From the IMG/VR virus record IMGVR_UViG_3300019776_000324, positions 280,245-344,244 of that record: DNA of 64,000 bases, one strand, 5' to 3'. The notes beneath the pieces were generated by a model. The model was given only the letters and a program-made list of their open reading frames with translations. It made no database searches and was not told the DNA's origin. The position numbers and the translations under genes are program-made. Of the stretch, positions 45,450 through 53,703 are shown one piece after another; positions within the stretch are counted from its first letter, which is position 1, and every line of letters begins with the position of its first letter.

Positions 45450-46262
45450 ATGACAGATATTATCACTGTAGCATTTCGAGAAGAACTTCCGGTATTAAAA
45501 TTACAAGCAAAAAGTATAGAACTTTATTGTCAAGACTTGGATATTGGCAACATCATTGTTGTTGTCAATGATGACAACTTGGATCCGTCCGAACTTGATC
45601 GTAGTTGGTGGGGTCAACTCAGTGACCGAGTTGTATTTGTTCATCGCAGAGCATGGAATATTGACTACGCAGAAAATGGATGGTTAACTCAACAACTATT
45701 AAAAATTTTAGCCACCGGTATGGGCAAAGGTGAATGGTCAATTGTACTTGATGCTAAAACAATATTTGTTCGTCCAGTAAAAAACCTTGCTCAACGGCCT
45801 GTTGTTGGTGATTTACAAATAGATTCTGTGTTTGGCCCTAGCCGACAAATAGTTAATAATCTGTTTAACATTGACTTACAAAGACAGTTAGGCCCGGGTG
45901 GTGTACCATTCATATTTAACAATCAACTAGTTCAAGAGATGATCAGTGAAGTTGAAAAACTAACTAACTGTTCTTCGTTTAGTAAGTGGTTTCAAGATCA
46001 AGGAATGATTACAGAATTTATTTTATACTCTGGATATGTAGTGTATAAATTTGGATCATATAATACCATGTACAATACTGATACTTCAATTGAGATTAGT
46101 CCGTGTAACTTATGTCATAGTGAAGTTGCTATCTTTGATCGTAAATTTGCAGAGATGGCTGATACACATACAGTCAGTGTACATAGACGAGCATGGAGTC
46201 AACTAAGCAACGAACAACAGTCCAAATATACAAATTTTTTAAAAAGCAGAGGTATTGAGTGA
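45450..46262 (+). CDS. Putative nucleotide-sugar transferase-like protein (DUF6492-like)
   Basis: GW..QQL.K; VLDAKT.F; TEF.LY. Confidence 0.45.
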   Translation: MTDIITVAFREELPVLKLQAKSIELYCQDLDIGNIIVVVNDDNLDPSELDRSWWGQLSDRVVFVHRRAWNIDYAENGWLTQQLLKILATGMGKGEWSIVLDAKTIFVRPVKNLAQRPVVGDLQIDSVFGPSRQIVNNLFNIDLQRQLGPGGVPFIFNNQLVQEMISEVEKLTNCSSFSKWFQDQGMITEFILYSGYVVYKFGSYNTMYNTDTSIEISPCNLCHSEVAIFDRKFAEMADTHTVSVHRRAWSQLSNEQQSKYTNFLKSRGIE

Positions 46263-46792
46263 AGGCTATGGCTCTAGTTGCTCACCCTGACGATTGTGTT
46301 ATCTTTGCATATAGTTTCATGCATCATTATAAACACTTGGACTGGACAGTATGCTATCTTACACACACTGCTGAAGATGCTAGAGGGAACGAATTTGCTA
46401 ATTTTTGGAGCAAGAGAAACATCTCTACTAAATTTTTAGGATTCAACGATGATTGGAATTATGTCAAGGAAGGTCAACTAGGGTTTGATCCTGTTGATGC
46501 TGAACAGGCAATTAAAGATGCAATACTTGGACAAGATTTAATTTTAACACACGATCATAACGGCGATTATGGTCATATACATCATAAATTTATACACCAA
46601 GTAGTCTGCAATAATCATACACACACGGTATGTTTTGCAGGGCGTGGTCAAGGAAATGTTAAGTATAGTATAGACGCAAGTGTATATGATCTTAATGAAT
46701 TCCCATTGCATCAAGATGTTGTTTCTAGTTTTCATCAACAACAACATTCAAATGAATATACTGTATCTGTGAGAGTAGAAAATATATTATGA
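46259..46792 (+). CDS. PIG-L/LmbE family deacetylase
   Basis: AHPDD; THD..GDYGH.HH. Confidence 0.75.
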   Translation: MKAMALVAHPDDCVIFAYSFMHHYKHLDWTVCYLTHTAEDARGNEFANFWSKRNISTKFLGFNDDWNYVKEGQLGFDPVDAEQAIKDAILGQDLILTHDHNGDYGHIHHKFIHQVVCNNHTHTVCFAGRGQGNVKYSIDASVYDLNEFPLHQDVVSSFHQQQHSNEYTVSVRVENIL

Positions 46793-47610
46793 CAAAACAT
46801 TTAATGATAGCTGGTTGCAGCTTTTCAGCACCAAGTAAAACATTGCCTGGTACTAGTTGGAGCGAGGTTATGGCCGATCAGTTGGGTTGGCGATTAACTA
46901 ATCTTGCTAGACAAGGTTGCAGTAACGGCGGTGTAAGAATTCAAATTGATGAAATACTTCGTCAACGACCAGACTTTGCAATAGTCAGTGGCACTTTCTG
47001 GGATCGTATGGAAATACCTGCTAGAGCAGCTCCGTATGTTGCTCCTAAAAATGAAAACAAAGGTTGGAACAGTGATTTACAACAGCATTTACAAGATCGT
47101 ACTATCAAGAATGGTTATGATCGTGCTGACGGAATCAACAATGTCAATTACGGCGACAACAACTACAATATGATATGTGAAACTATTTTTAGTTTAGCAG
47201 AAAACTATGATCATCCATATCGTTCAACTAAAATTGACAAACACACTCAACAAGGCATTAAATCATTTATTGATACCATATATGATAGCGAGTGGAAAAA
47301 GCAACAAGACGAGTGGATCATCAGAGAAGGTGTATTACAATTATACTTGAATGGTATTAAGTTTTTATTTTTGCCTAACTTACTATGGCCATTCGATCCA
47401 AACCATCCTACTCAATGGAGAGATGCGTTTCCTAGTTTAATACCTGACCATTACTTACAACTAGATCCAGTAAAGACTCCTCAGGTTGCCTGTGGTGAAC
47501 ATCCGTGCGATCCTAAAAACGATCCTGGGTATCATGGAGACAACGAAAGTCAAAAACTAATTGCCAAGTGGCACTTAGAATATATGAAAAATGGATTTGA
47601 TTTAGAGTAA
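46789..47610 (+). CDS. SGNH/GDSL-like hydrolase paralog 4
   Basis: AGCSF; W; LARQGCSN; GYH. Confidence 0.5.
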   Translation: MTKHLMIAGCSFSAPSKTLPGTSWSEVMADQLGWRLTNLARQGCSNGGVRIQIDEILRQRPDFAIVSGTFWDRMEIPARAAPYVAPKNENKGWNSDLQQHLQDRTIKNGYDRADGINNVNYGDNNYNMICETIFSLAENYDHPYRSTKIDKHTQQGIKSFIDTIYDSEWKKQQDEWIIREGVLQLYLNGIKFLFLPNLLWPFDPNHPTQWRDAFPSLIPDHYLQLDPVKTPQVACGEHPCDPKNDPGYHGDNESQKLIAKWHLEYMKNGFDLE

Positions 47611-48210
47611 CTGCGTTCTATGCCACAACGCAAGTTTTCTATTATTGCCTTGTTCAGACTCTAATAGTACATCAGTGGGCTCAGGAAAATTCCAAGGCGA
47701 AACTCTCCAATTTACTTGAGACTCTGGAAACTCTGAAAAATTGTATTTGAAATCAATGTTTTCTATTCTGTCATCTTGAGTTGTGAGAATCCACGGTATG
47801 CCGCTGGATAACCAATTTGAAATCAATCGTTGTTTGTCCTCTTCAATCAAGTGTATAGCAACATCTCTCACAAACAACAAGTCCACTGCAGGCAAAGGAT
47901 CTGTAGTAACATCGTGCCAAATAATATCAAGTGTAGGATTGTGTTTTTGTAAATGTTCAACTATATTGCGACTAATGTCGCCGCCTTGATATTTAAAATT
48001 TTCTACTAAGGTAGACATCCAATGACAGTCACAACAGCCTGCATCAAAAATACTAGTAATATTGTGTTTTTTAAAAAACGCAGGCAAGTTTTTTCTTAGA
48101 TAGTCTGTACCCTGCATAGTACTGCCAGGGCCAGCAATAGTACCAAGCTCAGGTAACAAATATTCAATCTGGTATGCTTCTGAAAATATATCAGCTAGGT
48201 TATTATTCAT
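47602..48210 (-). CDS. Class I SAM-dependent methyltransferase
   Basis: GPGS; SIFDAGCCD; GGDIS; DLLFVRDV.IHL. Confidence 0.7.
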   Translation of the reverse strand: MNNNLADIFSEAYQIEYLLPELGTIAGPGSTMQGTDYLRKNLPAFFKKHNITSIFDAGCCDCHWMSTLVENFKYQGGDISRNIVEHLQKHNPTLDIIWHDVTTDPLPAVDLLFVRDVAIHLIEEDKQRLISNWLSSGIPWILTTQDDRIENIDFKYNFSEFPESQVNWRVSPWNFPEPTDVLLESEQGNNRKLALWHRTQLL

Positions 48211-48211
48211 G

Positions 48212-49243
48212 TTACAATGTTTGTGGAGTTTTAGACATTTCCCAGTTGCCACAAGTATCTACACAAGTGTAAATTCGACCATCAGCAATTGAATCTTTGC
48301 TCCAAGACTCTTCAACTTGATTAAACCATGCAATACAATGTTCTAAGCTGTAGTCAAGTGCATTGTTTTCTTTAACAATATCTACTAGTTGTTCATTGCC
48401 AGGATGATGCATTGTAGTAGGATAAAATCCAAGATAACAACAAGGGTAAACTGTACCATCTGCGGCCAGATATAGTTCTTTCTGTCGCTTATGATTACAT
48501 CCGATGGTAAGTGTTGGTGTGTCTTTTGCATGTTTAATAGTGTTTTTATCAAACCAAGTTATATGGCTTTCTAACATGGCACTAACTGGAGGTGGTGACA
48601 AATGTTCTTCCGGAGTTCTATTACCAATCCAGTGACTAAATGTTCCATCTCGATTGTACACTGGTCCACGATCTCGCCCTTCATTGATATTATCAAATGC
48701 CCAGAAGCCTAATTCTTTGGCCAGTCTGCGGCACTCTTGTTCTTGATGTCGATTGTGATCAAATGGAATCCAACGCCATATTGCCTGGCCACCTGCACGA
48801 ATAAATGCCTGTGCGTTTTCAATGATGGTATGCCAGTTGGTGTCTTGTCTGTACAAATGATGAGTGTCGGCTAGTCCATCCAAAGCAAACCCTACTTTAA
48901 CTCCAGGTAATGCTAGCTGAGCCCACCAATCTGGTGTACGCATACTACCATTGGTGCAAATGTTTATTGTTGGAACTTGGTTTTCGACCAGATACTTGAC
49001 AATCTCAACCCCATCTTTGGCCAGACCAAAATCTCCTAGGTTACCATTGAACAATATTCTTTTAATTTGTTTTAAAAATTCTGGAGTTAATATTTTTTTA
49101 ATGTTGTCTAAGCTAAGTTCAGTTACAGGATAGCCACTGTTATAGTCTATTCCTCGGTAGTTCCGCATACACATCGGGCAACGGGCATTACATCTTGTAG
49201 TTAATTCTATTTGTAGTTGTTCTATTTCTGGCAATGTAAGCAT
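48212..49243 (-). CDS. Radical SAM protein
   Basis: CNARCPMC; C-terminal PCCYLG..C.DTC SPASM-like motif; likely start MLTLPE. Confidence 0.85.
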   Translation of the reverse strand: MLTLPEIEQLQIELTTRCNARCPMCMRNYRGIDYNSGYPVTELSLDNIKKILTPEFLKQIKRILFNGNLGDFGLAKDGVEIVKYLVENQVPTINICTNGSMRTPDWWAQLALPGVKVGFALDGLADTHHLYRQDTNWHTIIENAQAFIRAGGQAIWRWIPFDHNRHQEQECRRLAKELGFWAFDNINEGRDRGPVYNRDGTFSHWIGNRTPEEHLSPPPVSAMLESHITWFDKNTIKHAKDTPTLTIGCNHKRQKELYLAADGTVYPCCYLGFYPTTMHHPGNEQLVDIVKENNALDYSLEHCIAWFNQVEESWSKDSIADGRIYTCVDTCGNWEMSKTPQTL

Positions 49244-49354
49244 GGAATATTTATAGGTCATAAACAGGTTGACTAAGTATTGTGCCTTTGTTATACTTAG
49301 ATCATAAGTTAAAAAATATTTTAAGAAAAAGGCAAAAATTAGTAAAACTAGGGG

Positions 49355-49383
49355 TTGACAAGGTATAAATAAACCTATACAAT
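49355..49383 (+). promoter_or_regulatory. sigma70 promoter with an embedded TATAAATA late promoter at the head of the tRNA region
   Basis: TTGACA-17-TACAAT. Confidence 0.7.
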
Positions 49384-49394
49384 AATACTTTATT

Positions 49395-49529
49395 ATGATA
49401 CATTTAAACACATATTCTTATTGCGTAGCAAATTCAGGGAAACAGCCCGTGCCAGCCAATTGGCTCCACACAGCGGCATCCTTTAGCATTCGCGGCAATA
49501 TGGATTTATCAGAGGGTTGGGATGATTAG
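49395..49529 (+). CDS. Putative 44-aa attenuator leader peptide
   Basis: MIHLNTYSYCVANSGKQPVPANWLHTAASFSIRGNMDLSEGWDD*; its 3' end overlaps the antiterminator 5' strand. Confidence 0.5.
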   Translation: MIHLNTYSYCVANSGKQPVPANWLHTAASFSIRGNMDLSEGWDD

Positions 49530-49589
49530 ACAGTAATATTATTATAGTTTAATCATACAACCCTGGAACTAAACACTCCGGGGTTTTTT
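49513..49589 (+). terminator. Mutually exclusive antiterminator/terminator (attenuator-like)
   Basis: AGGGUUG/CAACCCU plus AUGAUUA/UAAUCAU competes with CCCUGGA/UCCGGGG-U6. Confidence 0.7.
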
Positions 49590-49607
49590 ATTTAGAGAAA
49601 AGGATTT

Positions 49608-49784
49608 ATGCAGACAGATTATACAAAATTGAACGATCGTATTGTAAAACAGGCTTACGAAGTTAGTAACTTAATATTAACAGAAGCCATGAAAACAAGA
49701 CTGTTTCAGAATAAGATTGATCGAGCTCGTGAAATGATTGAAGCAAGGAAACTTAGCCCAGCATTTTTTAACGATAGCTTCTAA
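49608..49784 (+). CDS. Hypothetical 58-aa protein
   Basis: SD AAGGA; MQTDYTKL...FNDSF*. Confidence 0.5.
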   Translation: MQTDYTKLNDRIVKQAYEVSNLILTEAMKTRLFQNKIDRAREMIEARKLSPAFFNDSF

Positions 49785-49892
49785 GATCAAGTAGCAAGTG
49801 TTATAGGAAACGAGATCCTGTACTACACTATAACTAGTACAAATGGGCGGCCTATCGGATGAAACTCCTTGTGTGGAGCGAAAAATGGTAGC

Positions 49893-49959
49893 GTAATAAA
49901 GCACACTGACTATAGGCGTGCCTAACTGTTTTGATCAAACAGATAGTGTGCTTTATTAC
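49893..49959 (+). repeat. Long-stem hairpin element A
   Basis: GTAATAAAGCACACT...AGTGTGCTTTATTAC. Confidence 0.6.
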
Positions 49960-50017
49960 ACGCATTCAGGAACCAAATGGGAGTGAAACATCCGTGGCAG
50001 AGTGCGTAACAAATAAT

Positions 50018-50101
50018 GGAGTGGAAGCATCAATGGTGATGCACTGGACTGTAAATCCGGCGCCTACGGCACGACTGGTTCGATCCCAGTACACTCCACC
50101 A
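50018..50101 (+). tRNA. tRNA-Tyr(GTA)
   Basis: Cloverleaf with long variable arm; CCA. Confidence 0.9.
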
Positions 50102-50109
50102 ACAGATAA

Positions 50110-50188
50110 CTCGGTGTAGGAAAGTCTGGTTTAATCCGCCTGCTTTGGGAGCAGGAGAGCGAAGGTTCGAATCCTTCTACCGAGACCA
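50110..50188 (+). tRNA. tRNA-Pro(TGG)
   Basis: Cloverleaf; CCA. Confidence 0.9.
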
Positions 50189-50194
50189 AAATTT

Positions 50195-50270
50195 GGGGTT
50201 GTAGCTCAGCTGGGAGAGCAACTGCTTTGCAAGCAGAAGGTCAGGGGTTCGATCCCCCTCTTCTCCACCA
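50195..50270 (+). tRNA. tRNA-Ala(TGC), two U-U mismatches in the acceptor stem
   Basis: G3-U70; CCA. Confidence 0.85.
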
Positions 50271-50393
50271 AATTGTAGTTGTGACGATGGTACTAAGTTG
50301 CTAGAAGCTTAGTCTGACGGCTGGTTAGGGATACACGGTGTCCGCGGTATAAGTGAACCAGAACTTCGAGTGCTGATAGGTAAGCTATCTACT

Positions 50394-50496
50394 ATATTGA
50401 AATACATTATTAAAGAGTGCTCTTGTCGGAGACACACTCTTATCTGGACCGACAACTTCCGGGCGTAGCGCCGTTACGTTTAGTGTGTTTCAATAT
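50394..50496 (+). repeat. Long-stem hairpin element B
   Basis: ATATTGAAATACATTA...TAGTGTGTTTCAATAT, 16 bp with G-U pairs. Confidence 0.6.
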
Positions 50497-50504
50497 GGTA
50501 ATAT

Positions 50505-50581
50505 GTATCGCATCGTCTAAGGAAGGATACGGGACAGCACGAGCCCTAGATGTAGGTTCAAGTCCTACTGTAGATACACCA
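50505..50581 (+). pseudogene. Degenerate tRNA-like element (anticodon unclear, possibly Arg ACG)
   Basis: Intact T-arm and ACCA end; disrupted anticodon and acceptor stems. Confidence 0.5.
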
Positions 50582-50752
50582 TACACATAAACATTCCAAC
50601 AACAAACGGTAAGAGCAAATTAAAATTCCGTTGAGTTGTGCGAGGTCAATGTATTTGCTCTCCGATACCTCTGAGTGTTTAGTTGTATGGTATGACTCTG
50701 CTGGGTATGAATCAGATTCTCCGGTGGGTAAGTTACTGCCATACAATATTAT

Positions 50753-50830
50753 GCAACGGTGGCAGAGAGGCCCAATGCAAGGGACTGCAAATCCCTAAAA
50801 CCGTAGGTTCAAATCCTACCCGTTGCTCCA
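50753..50830 (+). tRNA. tRNA-Cys(GCA)
   Basis: Cloverleaf; U73; CCA. Confidence 0.9.
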
Positions 50831-50832
50831 GG

Positions 50833-50861
50833 TTGACATAGACACTAAAAGTCTATATAAT
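50833..50861 (+). promoter_or_regulatory. Consensus sigma70 promoter within the tRNA array
   Basis: TTGACA-17-TATAAT. Confidence 0.8.
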
Positions 50862-50870
50862 AGTTTTATT

Positions 50871-50947
50871 GGTTTGTTAGATCAGTTGGTTAGATTGCCG
50901 CACTGTCACTGCGGAGGCCACGGGTTCGAGTCCCGTACAGACCGCCA
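50871..50947 (+). tRNA. tRNA-Asp(GTC)
   Basis: Cloverleaf; CCA. Confidence 0.92.
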
Positions 50948-50954
50948 AGTTTTT

Positions 50955-51030
50955 GCTCTCATCGTCTAGAGGCCTAGGACACCGCCCTTTCACGGCGGGT
51001 ACACGAGTTCGAATCTCGTTGAGAGCGCCA
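50955..51030 (+). tRNA. tRNA-Glu(TTC)
   Basis: Cloverleaf; CCA. Confidence 0.92.
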
Positions 51031-51037
51031 GTACTAT

Positions 51038-51111
51038 CGCGGGTTGGAGAAGGAGTATCTCGAGGGTCTCATAAGCCCTAGTCTCTGGTGCGATTCCAGA
51101 ACCCGCAACCA
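51038..51111 (+). tRNA. tRNA-fMet(CAT), initiator-type
   Basis: C1:A72 mismatch; CAU anticodon. Confidence 0.85.
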
Positions 51112-51119
51112 GTATCAAT

Positions 51120-51194
51120 TCCCCGTTAGCTCAGCGGTAGAGCAGCAGACTGTTAATCTGTTGGTCCCTGGTTCGATCCCAGGATGGGGAGCCA
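51120..51194 (+). tRNA. tRNA-Asn(GTT)
   Basis: Cloverleaf; CCA. Confidence 0.92.
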
Positions 51195-51201
51195 GTATTA
51201 C

Positions 51202-51291
51202 GGAAATGTGGCAGAGCCCGGTTGATTGCAACAGTCTTGAAAACTGTCGACTGTAAAAGGTCCGTGAGTTCGAATCTCACCGTTTCCGCCA
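51202..51291 (+). tRNA. tRNA-Ser(TGA)
   Basis: Long variable arm; G73. Confidence 0.9.
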
Positions 51292-51380
51292 AGTTTCGCC
51301 CATAACGGATTTGACTAACTCGCCTCTCTAGCCTTGTGCAATATGATTGGAAGTGATCGAAGGAGTAAGTCACAGAATTT

Positions 51381-51468
51381 GGAAAATTGGCCGAGCGGTT
51401 AAGGCATCAGTTTGCTAAACTGACACTGAGTAATCGGTGGATAGGTTCGACTCCTATATTTTCCGCCA
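51381..51468 (+). tRNA. tRNA-Ser(GCT)
   Basis: Long variable arm; G73. Confidence 0.9.
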
Positions 51469-51474
51469 AACAAT

Positions 51475-51549
51475 GCAGGATTAATTCAGTGGTAGAATGT
51501 TTCGTTGCCAACGAAAATGTCATCGGTTCGAACCCGATATCCTGCTCCA
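51475..51549 (+). tRNA. tRNA-Gly(GCC)
   Basis: Cloverleaf; U73. Confidence 0.9.
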
Positions 51550-51553
51550 ATTT

Positions 51554-51629
51554 GGGTCTTTAGTGAAATGGATATCATATCGGTCTTCGAAACCGTAAGT
51601 TAGGGGTTCGAATCCTCTAGGACCCACCA
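51554..51629 (+). tRNA. tRNA-Arg(TCG)
   Basis: Cloverleaf; CCA. Confidence 0.88.
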
Positions 51630-51645
51630 TAACATAAGTAAAGGT

Positions 51646-52266
51646 ATGAAACAAGCACTAATATTAGGTTGTAGCCACGCTGCCGGAACCGAGATATTCC
51701 CAGATCCTGTTGATACTAAAAATCATAGTTATCCTGCAATAATAGCACAACACCTAGGATACACTGTCAACAATCAAGGAATAGCAGGTGGTAGTAACGA
51801 TGCTATGTTTCGTATCTTCGAAGAACAAAGATTAACACTCAACGAAAATGATATTGTTATAGCCTGCTGGTCTGGTTATACCCGAACAGAAATTTGGAAT
51901 GACGCAACTAATCGTTGGCAAGCTATTGCTCCTGGTAAGTCTGATGTTTATCCCGAGGAATACTTGAAGTATCAAGAACAATGGATAGTATATCATACCG
52001 ATTACCGTATTGGAAGATTGAATAAAATTAAAAATATTCTAGCGTTAAACTGCTTGGCCAATCAACAAAATATCAAAGTTATTAACATTGATAGTTTTTG
52101 GCCAGTTACAGATATGGTTTGGCCAGACGACATTTATTGGCCAGTTACAGATAACTTTTATAATTGGTGCAGTGAACAAAATTACCCTCACACAGACTGG
52201 GGACATTATTTTGAATCAGCACATGAAGAATTTGCAAAATTTGTAGTTAAGCATTTGCCCCGATAG
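51646..52266 (+). CDS. SGNH/GDSL-like hydrolase paralog 5
   Basis: LGCSH..G; YP; GIAGGSND...R; GHY. Confidence 0.55.
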   Translation: MKQALILGCSHAAGTEIFPDPVDTKNHSYPAIIAQHLGYTVNNQGIAGGSNDAMFRIFEEQRLTLNENDIVIACWSGYTRTEIWNDATNRWQAIAPGKSDVYPEEYLKYQEQWIVYHTDYRIGRLNKIKNILALNCLANQQNIKVINIDSFWPVTDMVWPDDIYWPVTDNFYNWCSEQNYPHTDWGHYFESAHEEFAKFVVKHLPR

Positions 52267-52283
52267 CTCAGTTGGTTAGAGCA
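52257..52283 (+). pseudogene. 5' fragment of a tRNA truncated at the HNH gene
   Basis: GCCCCGA-TA-GCTCAGTTGGTTAGAGC-A, then TAAATA; no 3' half found. Confidence 0.65.
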
Positions 52284-52310
52284 TAAATACATGCATACGG
52301 AGGTCTTACC

Positions 52311-52694
52311 ATGCCAATATCAACTTGTAAAAATTGTAGTGAAGAATTTAAGCACGGCTACACAAGCACAGGAGTCTATTGTTCTATAAAATGCACTAAA
52401 GAAGGACAACGCAAAGACAGACGACAAAATTTTCTCGAAGGGAAAATGGTTAATCGTGGACTAATGAAAGCGCATCTAGTAGACATATACGGATGGCAAT
52501 GTGCATGCTGTAAGGGGAAGACCTGGCAAGGTCAACTAATTCCACTAGAGCTAGATCATATTGACGGAAATGCTGGTGATAACAGGCCTGAAAATTTGAG
52601 ATTGTTATGTCCAAATTGCCATTCGCAGACGCCAACACATAAAGCAAAAAATAAAGGAAACGGAAGAGGCAGTAGAGGACTTCCGTGGTATTAA
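52311..52694 (+). mobile_element. Free-standing HNH homing-type endonuclease gene
   Basis: C..C zinc motifs; LELDHIDG...DN..ENLRLLCPNCH; SD GGAGG. Confidence 0.85.
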
Positions 52695-52695
52695 C

Positions 52696-52769
52696 AGCCG
52701 GTTAGTTAAATGGTATAACGGACGCTTGATAAGCGTTTATTACAAGTTCAATTCTTGTACTGGCTACCA
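52696..52769 (+). tRNA. tRNA-Ile(GAT)
   Basis: Cloverleaf; CCA. Confidence 0.85.
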
Positions 52770-52786
52770 GTAGTAAACAGCAATAT

Positions 52787-52860
52787 GAGTCTCTGGTATA
52801 ATGGCATTACATCGGTCTCCAAAACCGCAGATCGGGGTTCGATTCCCTGGAGATTCGCCA
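52787..52860 (+). tRNA. tRNA-Trp(CCA)
   Basis: Cloverleaf; G73. Confidence 0.88.
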
Positions 52861-52878
52861 ACTTAAAGAAAGAAGAAA

Positions 52879-53352
52879 ATGAAGTTCAATATTCCACACA
52901 TTAAACAATTTATAGAAGCGCAAGGTCCAAACACTCGTATCTATATTGGTGTGGATAGTGAACGAGTTCGAGGCGCTGACAAGCAATGGTATGCTGTATA
53001 TACTGCCGCTATTGTTGTACACATCAATGGTAACAATGGTTGTAAGTTATTTGGCGAAGTATCTCGTGAGCGTGACTATGATCGTGTAGATCGTCCTAAC
53101 ACTCGCTTGATGACCGAAGTGTATAAAGTAAGCGAACTATACTTGAAACTAGCAGAAGTATTGGAAGGCCGTGCTGTGGAAGTTCACTTGGATATTAACC
53201 CAGATGATCATCACGCTAGTAGCAATGTAGTGGCGCAGGCTATCGGTTATATTCGTGGCACTTGTAATGTAGAACCTTTGGTTAAGCCTCGTGCATTTGC
53301 CGCAAGTTATGCCGCAGACAGAATGAGAAGTTTGAAGGTTGCTAACGGCTAG
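52879..53352 (+). CDS. RNase H-like protein (YkuK/DUF458-like)
   Basis: IYIGVDS; RLMTEV; VEVHLDIN; AASYAAD. Confidence 0.7.
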   Translation: MKFNIPHIKQFIEAQGPNTRIYIGVDSERVRGADKQWYAVYTAAIVVHINGNNGCKLFGEVSRERDYDRVDRPNTRLMTEVYKVSELYLKLAEVLEGRAVEVHLDINPDDHHASSNVVAQAIGYIRGTCNVEPLVKPRAFAASYAADRMRSLKVANG

Positions 53353-53375
53353 CAACAGTGTTATAATAGTAGCAC

Positions 53376-53452
53376 GGGCCGGTAGCTCATTCGGTTAGAG
53401 CAGAGGACTCATAATCCTTTGGTGGAGTGTTCGAATCACTCTCGGCCCACCA
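53376..53452 (+). tRNA. tRNA(CAT), probably Ile2 (lysidine type)
   Basis: Body resembles bacterial Ile2 (GAGCAG..ACUCAUAAU..UUGGU). Confidence 0.8.
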
Positions 53453-53459
53453 GTATTAT

Positions 53460-53542
53460 GCCCCGTTGGTGGAATTGGTAGACACGCTGGTCTTAGAAGC
53501 CAGTGCTTAGGCGTGCGAGTTCGAGTCTCGCATGGGGCACCA
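53460..53542 (+). tRNA. tRNA-Leu(TAG)
   Basis: Leu-type D loop; variable arm. Confidence 0.9.
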
Positions 53543-53549
53543 GTAGCAT

Positions 53550-53635
53550 GCGAGTGTGGTGAAATAGGTAGACACGACAGACTTAAAATCTGTTCCTATA
53601 ACGGGGTGCCAGTTCGATTCTGGCCATTCGCACCA
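53550..53635 (+). tRNA. tRNA-Leu(TAA)
   Basis: Leu-type D loop; variable arm. Confidence 0.9.
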
Positions 53636-53703
53636 ATAATTTAGGAGTTGTTATGTACAAAAATGAAAAGGCCTTCCATCGATCGTAAATGATCGGAGGA
53701 AGT

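Noticed and set aside
13437-49411. Longest-ORF starts at 13437, 16190, 16729, 18150, 22592, 25798, 30619, 42127, 43570, 48252 and 49411
   Set aside because: Downstream starts fit SD position, gene coupling or signal peptides better
49855-49890. Hammerhead-like GGATGA..stem..CGAAA
   Set aside because: Core reads CGGAUGA rather than CUGANGA, and stems I and III cannot be built; the CUGACGG at about 50316 also lacks the GAAA strand
49800-49892. c-di-GMP-I (GEMM) riboswitch
   Set aside because: Only partial motif resemblance; the GNRA-capped P1 and GCAAA junction are missing, so it is kept as an unassigned RNA
52257-52769. Group I intron in a tRNA
   Set aside because: No 3' exon complementary to GCCCCGA and no room for an intron core around the HNH ORF
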